Shown: positions 37,901 through 49,196 of the stretch, one piece after another
Position numbering within the stretch: position 1 is the stretch's first letter
Layout of the letters: each line of letters begins with the position of its first letter
DNA from: Toensbergia leucococca
Taxonomy: Eukaryota
DNA length: 64,000 bases
Reading direction: 5' to 3'
NCBI GenBank assembly: GCA_022813965.1
Contig: JALDZS010000130.1
Location: 1 to 64,000, forward strand
Translations under genes and position numbers: made by a program
Notes under the pieces: generated by a model
The model's database searches: none
What the model saw: the letters and a program-made list of their open reading frames with translations, nothing else
What the model was told of the DNA's origin: nothing

Positions 37901-38991
37901 GGCTTCCTTCAGTGCCATCTCTAATGTCTCCACTGTTGTTCGATTCCACGCAGCCTTCATCGTCCTTGTCCCCCGATTCCAAACTTGATGCGGCGCAAGG
38001 GGCGGGATCAGAATAAAATCTCCAACCTTTTGCTCCACAATATACGTAGTGAAAGGTGCTGCTTTCCAAGCATTGATTTGCGCAAAATGGGACTCTACTT
38101 CAATATCATGGCCCAGGGTTGCAAGCCAATACTCGGAGACGAGATGTCGATCCTTGGTTTCAGTCATGAACCAAATTGAGGAACCAGGCTTGGCGGGTTT
38201 TCCGTCTTCATCCAAGGTACCCGAAGTCTCAACCATGATGTTGTGCCCCAAGCTTGCGCACATTTCGCGATGTGCTGGAGTATAGGTGCCTTCATGTCCG
38301 ATATAACACATCATATTCTCCGCTCTCATAGCCGGGGGAAGACAACTCATCAGGTCTCCAGCTCTAGCAGCGCCCCGACCTTTTCTAGTCCCTGGCCCGG
38401 GGGAGTTCGGCTCTTCTACTGAGCCCGGGCCGCCAAGATCTCCAGTCGTCTCATTGAGATAGAATACCCCAGGAGGAATCTGCTCCTTCAATTTGTCATG
38501 CCATACTTGAGGACAATCGATGTCTTTGAGGTAGATTCGTTGTCGATCCGCTTCCTTGTAGTTGTAGGCGTTCCACTGATTGGTCAACTTGGCCATGTTG
38601 TTCAAGTAGTGCTTGATGGAGAGCGGCATGTTCTGCTTCGTCGTCAAGTTGCGAGCTTGCTCAGCTGAAAAGTAAGACACGTTAGCAAGGTAGTTCTCTA
38701 GGTACAATAGAAGGCTTCCGTACATTTAGATCCATGGTTATCACGTAGCCACTGACTCGTAAAGGTCCACTGATCCAATCGGTGTTGAAACCCCTCCACA
38801 ACGAGCGGCTTTCCCCCAATGATAACATGTAACAGTATTAACTTCTCAAAAGCCTCGAGGCCATGATGCTCAATCATGTCACAGGATACGCGGACGACAT
38901 ATTCAAAGTTGGGCGTCTCCTCGACCAAGGAAGCGAGATCCAGATCCGGGGAGATGGGATCAAAGGAGGCACATGGCCGTTGAGCGGGCAT
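34949..38991 (-). CDS. JmjC-domain protein with Cys-rich zinc-finger (4CXXC-type) region, DMM-1-like putative chromatin demethylase; at least 2 exons
   Basis: Start MPAQRP at 38991 with intron 38665-38723. JmjC motifs: YLKDIDCP, YIGHEGTYTPAHRE (HxE metal site) and GDFILIPPLAPHQVWN. Cys clusters: CSYCRCNIFNRFLTC and CHIC...WKCPHCLKICSAGSC. The DMM-1 similarity is from recalled domain architecture only. Confidence 0.85.
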
Positions 38992-39736
38992 TTTGAAATG
39001 TCGGCGGTAGAGGCAACGACAGGGTTGTGCAAAAACAAGAGGAAGAAGAAGCTTATTCGCAGTGAGATTGAGAATGGCAAAGTGTAAGGCGGGGGTCAGT
39101 GCCAAGACTCGAATTCGTCCTCTCTCATGTTTGATTCAGGCGCATTGACTCGAGAAGGACGGATGCATGTAGCAAGCTCGGACAGTTGGTAAGGTAATGT
39201 AAGGTAAGGTATCTACCCAAACGACAATGGGAACTGGATCGACCTGACAAGACTTGTGTGGCTGGTAGCGTGTGAAGCTTTTTGACGCGGCTGGTGTGAC
39301 TGGTGAAGCTCGGGGTTAGGCGTGACGCGCGGAACTAAGCGCTTGCTTGGCCATGGCATGATCGAGGATGATTGATGGCATCTCTTTGTTTTTTGAGACG
39401 AGTCTTTATATGCACGATTATACGCACGAGACTGGCACTCTTAGTATTTATATGTCTTGCAAAAAAGCCGGAGTACTACAATCCTTCACATTCAACCTTT
39501 ACATCAACATCTACACATATGATTGCGTTGCCAGTACATTTCTACGTGATCTCTGGCTATCTTATTTAAAAGAACTCATTTTTCTTAGCCTGAAGTAGAC
39601 AATAGAGTGAAAAATTGGTGGAAAGACTTCTCGGTTATAAGACAATTGAGAGGAAGTTGAAACGCACTCGGTGCGCAGAGGAATATTGCGAGGATCAAGG
39701 CTCCTATCCGAGAACCTCCTTTAATCAACAAGAGAT

Positions 39737-41014
39737 ATGGAAGTCACAAAAATACGATTTCTAAGCAAGCCACTCCAGCACCAGAGACTCGGTCCTCTCC
39801 ACTGCGTCGTAAAAAGAGCTTTTGGACATCAATACCAATGTCTATCTCAAAACAGTACACCCTTTAGATCAGCAACGAATCAGCCACTGAACCGCAAATT
39901 CCCAAATCTCACGGTACGACAAACCCTCAGCAACAGCAGCCCTCCCTCCCATCACCACTCCATCACCTACCAGCACCGACTCACATCAACCCAACCCCCC
40001 AACCAACCCCCACCCCTCCCAACCTACCACCCCCCAACAACCGGCCTCCTCTCCTACCTCCCCCGCCCCCTCCTACCCTACGCCGAACTAGCCCGCCTAG
40101 ACAAACCAACCGGAACCCTCTACCTCTTCCTCCCCTGCCTCTTCTCAACCCTTACCGCCGCCATCCACACCCTCCCCTCACCCCCCACCCCGCTCCCCCA
40201 AACCCTCCTCTTCCTTACCGGCGCCCTCGTAATGCGCAGCGCCGGCTGCACCATCAACGACCTCTGGGACCGCAACCTGGACCCGCACGTCCGCCGCACA
40301 CGCCTCAGACCCCTCGCCCGCGCCGCCCTAACCCCCCTCAACGCCCTCACCTTCACCGGCCTGCAGCTCCTCCTGGGCCTCGGCATCCTCCTGCAATTCC
40401 CGCGCCAATGCCTCTACTACGGCGTACCCAGCCTGCTGCTCGTAGCCCTCTACCCGCTCGCCAAGCGCGTGACCCACTACCCGCAGTTCGTGCTGGGCCT
40501 GACCTTCTCCTGGGGTGCAATCATGGGCTTTCCGGCGCTGGGGGTGGATCTGCTGGCGGATGCGGCGGCGGCGAGGTCGGCGGCGGCGTTGTATGGCAGT
40601 TGTGTGGCGTGGACGGTGCTGTATGATATGATCTACGCGCACATGGATATCCGCGACGACGCGAAGGCGGGTATCAAGAGTATTGCGCTCCGGCATGAGA
40701 AGGAGACCAAGGCCGTGCTGTCTGGATTGGCGGTTGTGCAGGTGGGGCTGCTGGCTGCGGCAGGGTGGGCAGTTGGGGCGGGGCCGGTGTTTTTTGTGGG
40801 GAGTTGTGGGAGTGCAGGTGCGACGTTGGGGGTCATGATTTGGAGGGTGCGGTTGGGGGAGGTGGGGAGTTGTTGGTGGTGGTTTCGGAGAGGGGCGTGG
40901 CTTACTGGCGGGGGGATCAGTGCCGGATTGCTGGGGGAGTATTTGTACAAGATCAAGGTGAAGACGAGCAGAGAAGCTGTTAGGATCGAGGGGGAAGAGA
41001 AGGTTTTGGCTTAG
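39737..41014 (+). CDS. COQ2: 4-hydroxybenzoate polyprenyltransferase (UbiA family), mitochondrial
   Basis: Motifs PYAELARLDKPTGT, MRSAGCTINDLWDRNLDPHVRRTRLRPLA, YPLAKRVTHYPQ and YDMIYAHMDIRDDAKAGIKS, with a basic N-terminal presequence. Confidence 0.96.
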   Translation: MEVTKIRFLSKPLQHQRLGPLHCVVKRAFGHQYQCLSQNSTPFRSATNQPLNRKFPNLTVRQTLSNSSPPSHHHSITYQHRLTSTQPPNQPPPLPTYHPPTTGLLSYLPRPLLPYAELARLDKPTGTLYLFLPCLFSTLTAAIHTLPSPPTPLPQTLLFLTGALVMRSAGCTINDLWDRNLDPHVRRTRLRPLARAALTPLNALTFTGLQLLLGLGILLQFPRQCLYYGVPSLLLVALYPLAKRVTHYPQFVLGLTFSWGAIMGFPALGVDLLADAAAARSAAALYGSCVAWTVLYDMIYAHMDIRDDAKAGIKSIALRHEKETKAVLSGLAVVQVGLLAAAGWAVGAGPVFFVGSCGSAGATLGVMIWRVRLGEVGSCWWWFRRGAWLTGGGISAGLLGEYLYKIKVKTSREAVRIEGEEKVLA

Positions 41015-41168
41015 ATGGATTATTCGTTGGCCTATTTCACTACTTCTATCGAAGATACCTCGAGGACATCCGCTCCAACGCCGGGCTTTTCCCCATTTAT
41101 CCTTGGCCATGCAGTACAAGTATAGTCCCTGAAGAAAAAGGAAAGAAGCATCACGCAAACGATACCAT

Positions 41169-42368
41169 TCATGTCTCTCTCCCTTCTCTTGCGCTCCGTA
41201 CACTCCGTCCCCCTCTCTGCCCACCTCCCCTCTGCCCAACATCCGACCCCGCCCCATTAACTTGCCCCCCTCCCAGCCCATCCCCAGCCCCCATCGTCAA
41301 CGCCGCCGTCGCCAGCCTATTCGACAAATCAATCTGCGTGCGGATCGTATTCGCTAGGTACGACACCACGAGCACATCCTGCACATGATTATTACTAATG
41401 ACAAGTCAGCCAGGAAGCCCCACAATCAAGAAAAAGAAAAAAGAGGTAGGATTTGCAACCCCCCCCTCTTTTCATAAACATACAAATCCCTCTCCACATC
41501 CGCCGGCTCAACCTTCGGCGCCAGCGCCAACGCATTCAACAGAAACTGCCCCAACGCACTCGACGGCTCCGTCTCTTCCTCAATCACCGCCTCCACATAC
41601 TTGGCCACCCGCTCCAGCATCGCCAACACTTCTTCCACGGCCCGCTCCAGCGCCTCAATATCCGTCACCACCGCCGCAGTCCGATCCTCGCGATCTTTCG
41701 CCCCAGAAATCAGCTCCAGCCCGCTCTTCTCCGCATCCCCATAGCGCAACTCGTGTGGCACGGCAATAAATGCCGCGCTGTCCGCCGCCCGCTCCGCCGT
41801 CACGCCCACCGGCGCCGAAATGTACGTCCGGGCCTCGACGTCCTTGCCAGCCTCGGTGCTGACGGTCAAATGTACCGCCGGATGCGGCCATGTGCCGTCG
41901 CCCTGGCCGCCATAGAAATTCTGTATCAGGGCGGAGAAGGTATTGAGGTCGGCGGAGGTGGCGTACCACCCCACGAGGACTTCGCGCGGGTTGGCTTTGA
42001 GGTGTAGGGCGAGCATTTGCTTTTGGTAGTCCATGTCCACTTCGACTTGTTCGGCCGTTTCCGTGTGGCCGACGGCAAAGCAATTTCTTATTTCGACTTC
42101 CAGGCCGTCTTCGCTGCGGGTGCCGAGGAGGGTGCCAATTACGCGCTCTTGGTCGGCGTTGCGGCGGAGGGAGTGGTCTAGGATTGAGAAGATGGCCTGT
42201 TGGAGAGGATGAGATTGTTAGGGAGGGATTTTTGTTGTCCTCTTGGGGAAGGACTGAAGGACGTACTTGGGGTTGTATTATTACGTTCAGAGGGGCTGTT
42301 GTGGGTTGCGATCCTACTGCTGCTGGACCCAGTGGCCTTGCTAGGTGGAGAAAGGAGTCGGTGTCCAT
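41169..42368 (-). CDS. EIF3F: Translation initiation factor 3 subunit F (MPN domain); 3 exons
   Basis: [37 protein letters not shown], and [29 protein letters not shown]. Introns 42197-42266 and 41395-41483. Confidence 0.93.
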
Positions 42369-42838
42369 ATTTACGGACGTTCCTGGAAATTGCGCGCTTC
42401 TTCGATTTCTGTTGAAGGGTGTGGCAGGACAATTCGGAAATTCGATATCAAAATATTTGGTTTGTGGGTTGATAAACTCCGTATTTGGATTTTGTAGCTT
42501 GCCGTGATAGATACGTACATACTAAAATATCGGCACTAAGCTACTTTCGGTAGAGACTAATCAATCTGAATGACCCTCGATTTTTCCCCCTTTTCTCTTC
42601 TCAATATACACCTTCATCATACTCATGTAGACATACCGACAGCTTCTGATTCTTCATTTGTTTGTTACAGTAATATCCCCGAAGTATGATAGAGATATCA
42701 GACCAAGATCTGATGCTCTTGAGATAATTTCAACATTGCTCCGAGTATTCTATAAAAATTTTCATTTACATTCTATGATAGCACACACTGTGATCCTCCG
42801 ACAAGACGAGACCTTCCCGTGGGGTATCCGCATCCGCA

Positions 42839-44564
42839 CTAACCATACAATATTCTTTTCTTCAGCAAACCCGAACGACCGGGGACATCCAACTCAACTT
42901 GGACACGACTGAAGCCGGCATTATCAGAATCAGCGTTCACATCGAATCGAACTCTCACATCACGCTTGAGTGAGCCACTCAAAGCGGCTCCCTTTAAGAC
43001 GTCTAGGGAGTCTTTCTTGACCCCGCCCAGGATTGAAATCAATCCGAAACCCTGTTGAAGGGGAGTAGAGTACAGCAAGGCCTGGGCAATGACACTTAGT
43101 ACGGTGAGGACAGGATTGATTGCAAGCACGAAGAGTAGCCAGCCAAATCGCTTCAAAGTAACCGTCTCATATCTGATGCTGATATCTTGCCCGGCTTTCG
43201 GATACTGCACCCGCGCTGCCATGGTTGCGTCATCATGGACACCAGGGATATTTTTACCATAGAAGTTCCGGGCGGGCTCGCTCTGAATTCCCCAACGGGC
43301 GATCATGCGCGCCCATACCACCGATGCTACTAGAGGAGGAAAAGTATTGATTGTGGTATTACTACGGGGATACCATATATAGTTGTATTCCGGCAGCAGC
43401 GCGTGAAACCACAGACCTAAGCCCAACGATATGTCTTATATAAACCCACTGATCGTCGCTTGGTTGCTGGTCGCTGGTCTGTACCATCTCTGCGTCAACA
43501 AGAGTGATGTTTGAAGATGTGATATTCCAGGTGCCTCGACACAGCTGACGACTTTGCACGTATTGCTGGGCGGTTGAGTTGAAGCTCGTAATAGCATCAT
43601 CCCAAATCGAAAGAAAAATTCGACTGGAATTTTTGTCTTGGTACTATCAATTGTCAGTCAAGGCATCTATTGGATGTGTCAGTCGGCTCATACCAGTGTA
43701 CCGCTCCAGAAGTTGAAATCCATAAAGAAAAAATTTGGTCATCCAGTCGGCACTGAGACTTCCCCAAAAAGCAGGGTCATCTTGTTGAGAAGACGGAAGA
43801 TTGATGTTCTTAGATATTGTTGCGTTAACAGTAGTTTTCATTTGTAAGGAATCGCCAAGACGGAGTCTGGCCTGCAGACCCTGAATCATATTCGGAAAAG
43901 GAGTATCCAATACTGCTGCTGTCGTATTAGAAACAACAAATAGATTGTAACCATAAGTTCTGTTGACAGCCGGGTCTTCCCAAAAAGGTACATAAGCATT
44001 GACGGCCAATAACAACCCATTACCACTCGATGGCCAACCTGGGGCGGTAACAAATCCCCAATCCGAGTCCTGAGCGCGAATGTACACAGCAGAACGGCTG
44101 CCGGAGAAACGTTTGTATGCTATACTGAGGCCTAGGGGTAAGGCTAGTAGAAAAAGCAGGATAGCTCTAGTTAAAAAACTCGAGTGCGATGCGAAGGCTG
44201 TATTACGCAGCAGAGCGTCGAAGTTCTGGAGTGTAGATTGGCCAAGACGAACCTGTAGCAGAAGTGATACAAGTATAATTTGCCTCTGAGCGCACAAACC
44301 CATGATGGTGAGAGCAAAGCCAACTAGAACGAGCTGATTCGTCTGGCCAAGGGTGACGGCGGTGGACTTGTTCCAGACAACAATAACGGCAACAATCAAA
44401 GCTGTCAGTCCCACCAGGATAGCTGCGGCATCCATCCCTGATATGTAGGGTTTGGAGCAAGGCTTTCCGACTGTTCGCAAATGTATGAGAGGTTGCTGGT
44501 GGTTATCCGACGCGTCGGTAAGCTCGAGCTGATTATAGTCATCCTGTTTATTGAAGGAGGCCAT
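42839..44564 (-). pseudogene. Uncharacterised multi-pass membrane glycoprotein gene, apparently frameshifted near 43433-43446
   Basis: Three ORF pieces form one protein: three N-terminal TM helices, an N-glycosylation-site-rich loop, and a C-terminal TM plus LYSTPLQQGFGLISILGG. The intron at ~43637/43644-43693 removes TGA-TAG. A further +1 shift at GTTTATATAAGAC leaves no room for an intron. Confidence 0.6.
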
Positions 44565-45006
44565 GCTCCGTTACTGGGGATCAGCCAGGAGAGAAATCCA
44601 AGCACTCCACCAGGTGCTTCTTAAGGAAGTGCTCGAAGAGGTGCATTGCTCGAGTGATGCACCTACACCTCTATACGTTTTTTGTTGGACTTCGGCGCTT
44701 GGCCCTCATGGCTCTGGTTCGTCAGTATTTTCAGCCCACCTACGGCGCGGACTTGTTCAGACTATGCCTAGGATGGTAGGTGCCTAATAGAAATGCTGGA
44801 CATGGGCTTATTGGTAAGGACTCTGATCCCTGCAGTTTCGATGATGATCCTCTTGATGGATCTGTCACTGCTATATAGGAGCAGATTCGTTGACGATAGC
44901 ACGGGGGAGGATAGACAATATTCTGGTGGTGCCTAGAACAGGTCCATCAGTTACCAAAGGGATCCTTATGCCATCCTTATTCCATCCTTGTGCGTGGGGG
45001 TAAGCG

Positions 45007-45046
45007 TGCTGTGCCGCTGCTACTCCTGCTGTGCCGCTGCTAATCC
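45007..45046 (+). repeat. 20-bp tandem duplication
   Basis: tgctgtgccgctgctactcc followed by tgctgtgccgctgctaatcc (1 mismatch). Confidence 0.85.
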
Positions 45047-45547
45047 TGCGGGCGTCTGTTGGTGTGCATCTTTGCCTCTGCACCTGTCTCTTCATTTGGT
45101 GATGAATTTTGCTTCTTGCTCAGTGGAGACTTGGCCGAGGTATTGATGGTATTGATTGGACACGTCAGTGTTCTAGGGCGCAAGATTTGGCGAGGTCATG
45201 TGCCCAATCCAAACCCTGCTGCCACTCCTGTCAAGACGGAATATCCGTCACCCAATGATGGGCTATCATCTCACATGTCATTGATGCTGAAGTCAGAGAT
45301 CATCCAAAGTCTTTAGACAAGAAGTAATTGTATGAATAAACAAGAATGAATTGAAAAATATGTTCTGTATTTCGTGTCATGATATATATCTAAAACTTAT
45401 TCTGATATGTGAAAATCTCGTCTATCCATCATAACAGCGTGCCAACCCTATCCAAATGCTTCTTACCGAGTGCGATCATAGCCAAGGATATGTTTAAGAC
45501 TCATCAGATCAAACGAGTGTCCAACAAATCCACTATGACTCTGGCGT

Positions 45548-47400
45548 CTAAAATTCCCTTCTGCGAATTTTCACGTCTATACCTTTTTGTCTGCAGAAGT
45601 AGGAACTCTCTTCAATGTATGACTTTGAATCGAGGAGATCAAACTAAAAGCAAATCAGTTTTCCAGGCTGAGATGAAATCTGACAGCCCCAATCTGCCGA
45701 GAACAACAGGATGACTGACATCATAGTTGAGAATGAGAGCTGGAATGAGCTTCTTGATCTCCATATAAGCGATCCATTTCCCCATACACGTTCGCTTACC
45801 AGCCCCAAACTATGCATTCTCGATTAGCGATGCCATGATCCAAAACAGATTCCTTCGAACATGGACACTTACACTCATTATGGCGTTTTCCCGCCTCTTC
45901 CGTAATGCAAGGTCCTCCTCCAAAAATCTCTCGGGCCTCCACAAGTCGGCATCCTCTCCAAAAGTCGGACGATGTCTATTCACGACGTAGGGGTTCATAC
46001 CAATACAGGTTCCTTCTAGGTAGTGGTGTCCACCGATGACAACGCCGCCTTGGGGCACGACTCGCTCCAGTGGAAGGACGAAGGGCGGGTGCAGACGGAT
46101 GGCCTCATTGAAGCACGCATCCAGGTACGGAAGGTCTTTCACCTCGTTCCATTTAGGATACGGGTGAGTTAGACCACTTTTCTCATCAAGTTCATGAAGT
46201 TCTTGGCGCAAATTTTGCAGCGACTCAGGGTGTGCGAGGAGCTTGTATATTAGTGCTCGCATGGTTGCAGTGGTCGAATCGGACCCCGCAATGACATTGG
46301 AGAAGGTCCAGACTTTGCAAGACCTGACATACATCAGCTTGAAGTCTGTCATCTGGTGATCAAGATAATCGTACCAATCTGGGATTTTTTTATTGCTTTC
46401 TTGAATTTGCATGAAATGTGACAAGAAATCGCCATGCGGGATCCTGGCATCTTTCTCGTAGTCATCAAGATTCTGCTTCTTTCGGTCGTCGACATGTTGT
46501 GCAACTTGTCTTAAAACTGGCACAGCAATATGATTCTTCAATATATCCGCAACAAAGCTCTTGTACAGAATTCTGTCAAGCCATGGAAATTGGGTCATCT
46601 GATCAGGAAGATATCAATAAAGATTTACTAGTGATTGTCAGGTAACAGCATTGGGTGGGACACTTACAGGGCCAACAGCCAAGAAAAAGTCCCATACGAC
46701 CTTCAGCAGGCCATTATTATCATTACCTTGTTCTATAAAGCCATATCTTTTTGAGAACGTCATGGTGCCCATGACTTCGTAAGCAAAGTACTGCATCCAG
46801 TCGGCGAGGTCGAACGTTTCCTGGGCTCTCTCGAAACGCTTATCTAGCTGCTCGAACAGCATCCCAATCTCCTCGTCTATGAAAGGCTCAAACTTAACGA
46901 GGTTGGTAAGTGAGTAAAGAGAGGCAACGGGTGTCTTCAATGTCTTATGCAAGTTCTCGTCTTGGGTGTTGAAAACTACTGGCAATGCCCCGCCTTGCGT
47001 GTAGGGCATGAAGGCATTGTAAAATTTACTCTACAGAATTGACATAGATCAGCGAATTGACTTTTGCAAGCTTGAGGATTTTACGCACCTTGGGGAACCC
47101 TGAACGCATAGGGTATAGTGCTGGGATGTCCGCTGGATCGGCTAGCGACACAGTATTCGGTCCAAGGCGAACTGCTTTTCCATACTTTTCATGAATTTCC
47201 GAATGGATTTCATGTCCCCGCATTGTCTTTACCCAGTACATCCGCTGGAAATCCGTGAACTTTGCCAAGAATGGCCCGGGGATATCTCGAAGTTTCCAAT
47301 AAGTCGACACAAAGTGATAGCAGACATACAAGGCTAATATCGAGACCGCGCTTAAAGAGACGCTGGTTTTGCCCAAGACTGATTCTTTTACAGTCTCCAT
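45548..47400 (-). CDS. Cytochrome P450 monooxygenase (pisatin-demethylase-like fungal CYP); 6 exons
   Basis: N-terminal anchor plus IPGPFLAK, I-helix IAGSDST, K-helix [14 protein letters not shown], and heme motif [10 protein letters not shown]. Introns 47031-47088, 46599-46667, 46324-46374, 45810-45872 and 45644-45719. Stop TAG at 45548. Confidence 0.95.
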
Positions 47401-48133
47401 CTTCGACTAGAGAGGTAACTACGGACTTTCTTTGGTTTGATGTTCTTATCGAGACTTTGATGTAAGAGGAGCTAAAAGGTATGGAACATAATAGATGAAT
47501 TTGCTAAGGATCGAATAGAAAGAGAAACATAAAGATCTATACGAGCATCTTAGGAGTTCGGAGCTCGCATTTTGGCACATGCACTGCGTTCACTGGAGTA
47601 GCGATGAACGTACTGTTATGTCGATCCCGAAGGCAGACTGTAGTATTTCCTGACACGAGACGACATATCTCCTGTCAAAACGCGCGTCGATAAAGCCAGC
47701 AGTATGATGGTAGAGCCCGAGGATGAGTCTGTTCCCTTGGTGTGGTGGTAGTAGAAAAAGAAATACCACATCAGCAACAGACTTTACCATCCACCAAGAG
47801 AGCGAATAGCCAGCTTCGATATCCCACATACTAGCATGGAAGGTCCAGTGATCATGATGCTCATTGTTACGCTGCACTGTAAGCATAGCATCAATCCAGT
47901 GTGATCAAAGGGTGGACTTGATGAACTGGGATCGGAACGAGGGAAAGCGGGAGCAATTGACTTGGGAGCACAAACGCAGTTTGACGGAGCGAAATCGCGA
48001 GCGGTAGGCTTGGGACAGATCAGAAGCGTACGAGGCGTATAATCGCGGACCTAGCACCCTGCGCAAGTGAGGTAGGGGAGGAAGCTCCAAGGGTTGGCTC
48101 CCCGCATTCGAATTAGTCGGTCACGAGAGCCAG

Positions 48134-48553
48134 TGAGGTGGTGAGGGAGGTGAGGGATCTGTGGTGCCAAGGATCGCAAGCGATATGAATACCATATATT
48201 TTGGCTGCTTCCCGATCATCGACGCTTCTCTGCGCATTTGTCCTACCTACACCCAAATTAGTACCGTGAGCTTGACAACCAGTAGGGAATTACCTGAAAT
48301 AGGTACGTATCGCTCATATAGGCTCTAGGGATTCTAATAGTAATGGTAGTCTACCTCCTCCAAATTTGACATACTTCTCCGCCACCCCAACATGACCGAT
48401 ACTGACCTACTGAATGGTTCCCAAGAGATTTCCTACTGAGTGTTAAGCTCACGGTACTAATCTCGGTGTAGGTAGGACAAATGCGCAGGAGTTGAGGTGA
48501 GGTGGGTGAGGGAGGTGAGGGATCTGCGGTGCCAAGGAGTCGCAAGCGATATG
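48134..48553 (+). repeat. Dispersed direct repeat pair (~55-56 bp) at 48134-48188 and 48498-48553
   Basis: tgaggtg-gtgagggaggtgagggatctgtggtgccaagga-tcgcaagcgatatga versus tgaggtgggtgagggaggtgagggatctgcggtgccaaggagtcgcaagcgatatga (1 substitution, 2 single-base indels). Confidence 0.9.
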
Positions 48554-48720
48554 ATGATTCTACGCTAGATCGACACAATACGAATCCTTTCGCATTGCGC
48601 AAAGCACATCATCGCCACTTCCAGATAAGAGTTCATTGTCTCAGTTCCATCAGACTGGGACAATGCGGGAGATTCGGAAAGACCTACTGCACCCGTCCAG
48701 ATACGCACAGTGGCACCTAT

Positions 48721-48829
48721 CTCGCTTCTTAGCAGCGGGGAAGCCCACCAATCAATCAATGCAGCTTGACCTTGATTGATTAAGGTACCTTAGAATAGTG
48801 GATCTCCCGCCGCTAGACGAACAAGCGAG
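48721..48829. repeat. Nested imperfect inverted repeat (branched hairpin)
   Basis: Outer arms are ctcgctt/aagcgag, tagcagcggg/cccgccgcta and ccac/gtgg. Inner arms are aatcaatcaa/ttgattgatt, plus the palindrome taaggtacctta. Confidence 0.7.
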
Positions 48830-49196
48830 TCAACATAAGTAAGGTACCTACTGCCAGTCGACAGTCTCTCGAACATGAGTAGGTCCGAGAGCTTCTTTGT
48901 AGTACCTCTTATTCCGTGTAGTAAGAGTTTCCACATGTCCATGGGCCTCGTCGATGACGACTGAAGTCACATATTTGTCAATGCGCAAAACGACGTTGAA
49001 GCTTTAGGCTGGCAATGACATTTGTATGCTAAGCAGGGCAGATCAGCTTTCTCATGTTGATATGGGTAATACTCATCATCCTCAACGTTCTAGGTGTACT
49101 ATGTTAGGAGACCCCTGTTCGAAAAGAAATTGACAAAGTGTTTGGGAAAGCACCATGTTCTAAGAGTAATTGCAAGACGATAAAAAGACTTGATTT

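Noticed and set aside
40328..41281. 317-aa antisense ORF over COQ2, and similar antisense ORFs over MPP10, MIC12, eIF3f and the 56.3 kb gene
   Set aside because: Shadow frames of GC-rich, skewed coding sequence with low-complexity R/P/G translations.
39737..47400. COQ2 prenyltransferase plus P450 as a meroterpenoid gene cluster
   Set aside because: The prenyltransferase looks like the housekeeping mitochondrial Coq2, eIF3f lies between the two genes, and no backbone synthase is present.
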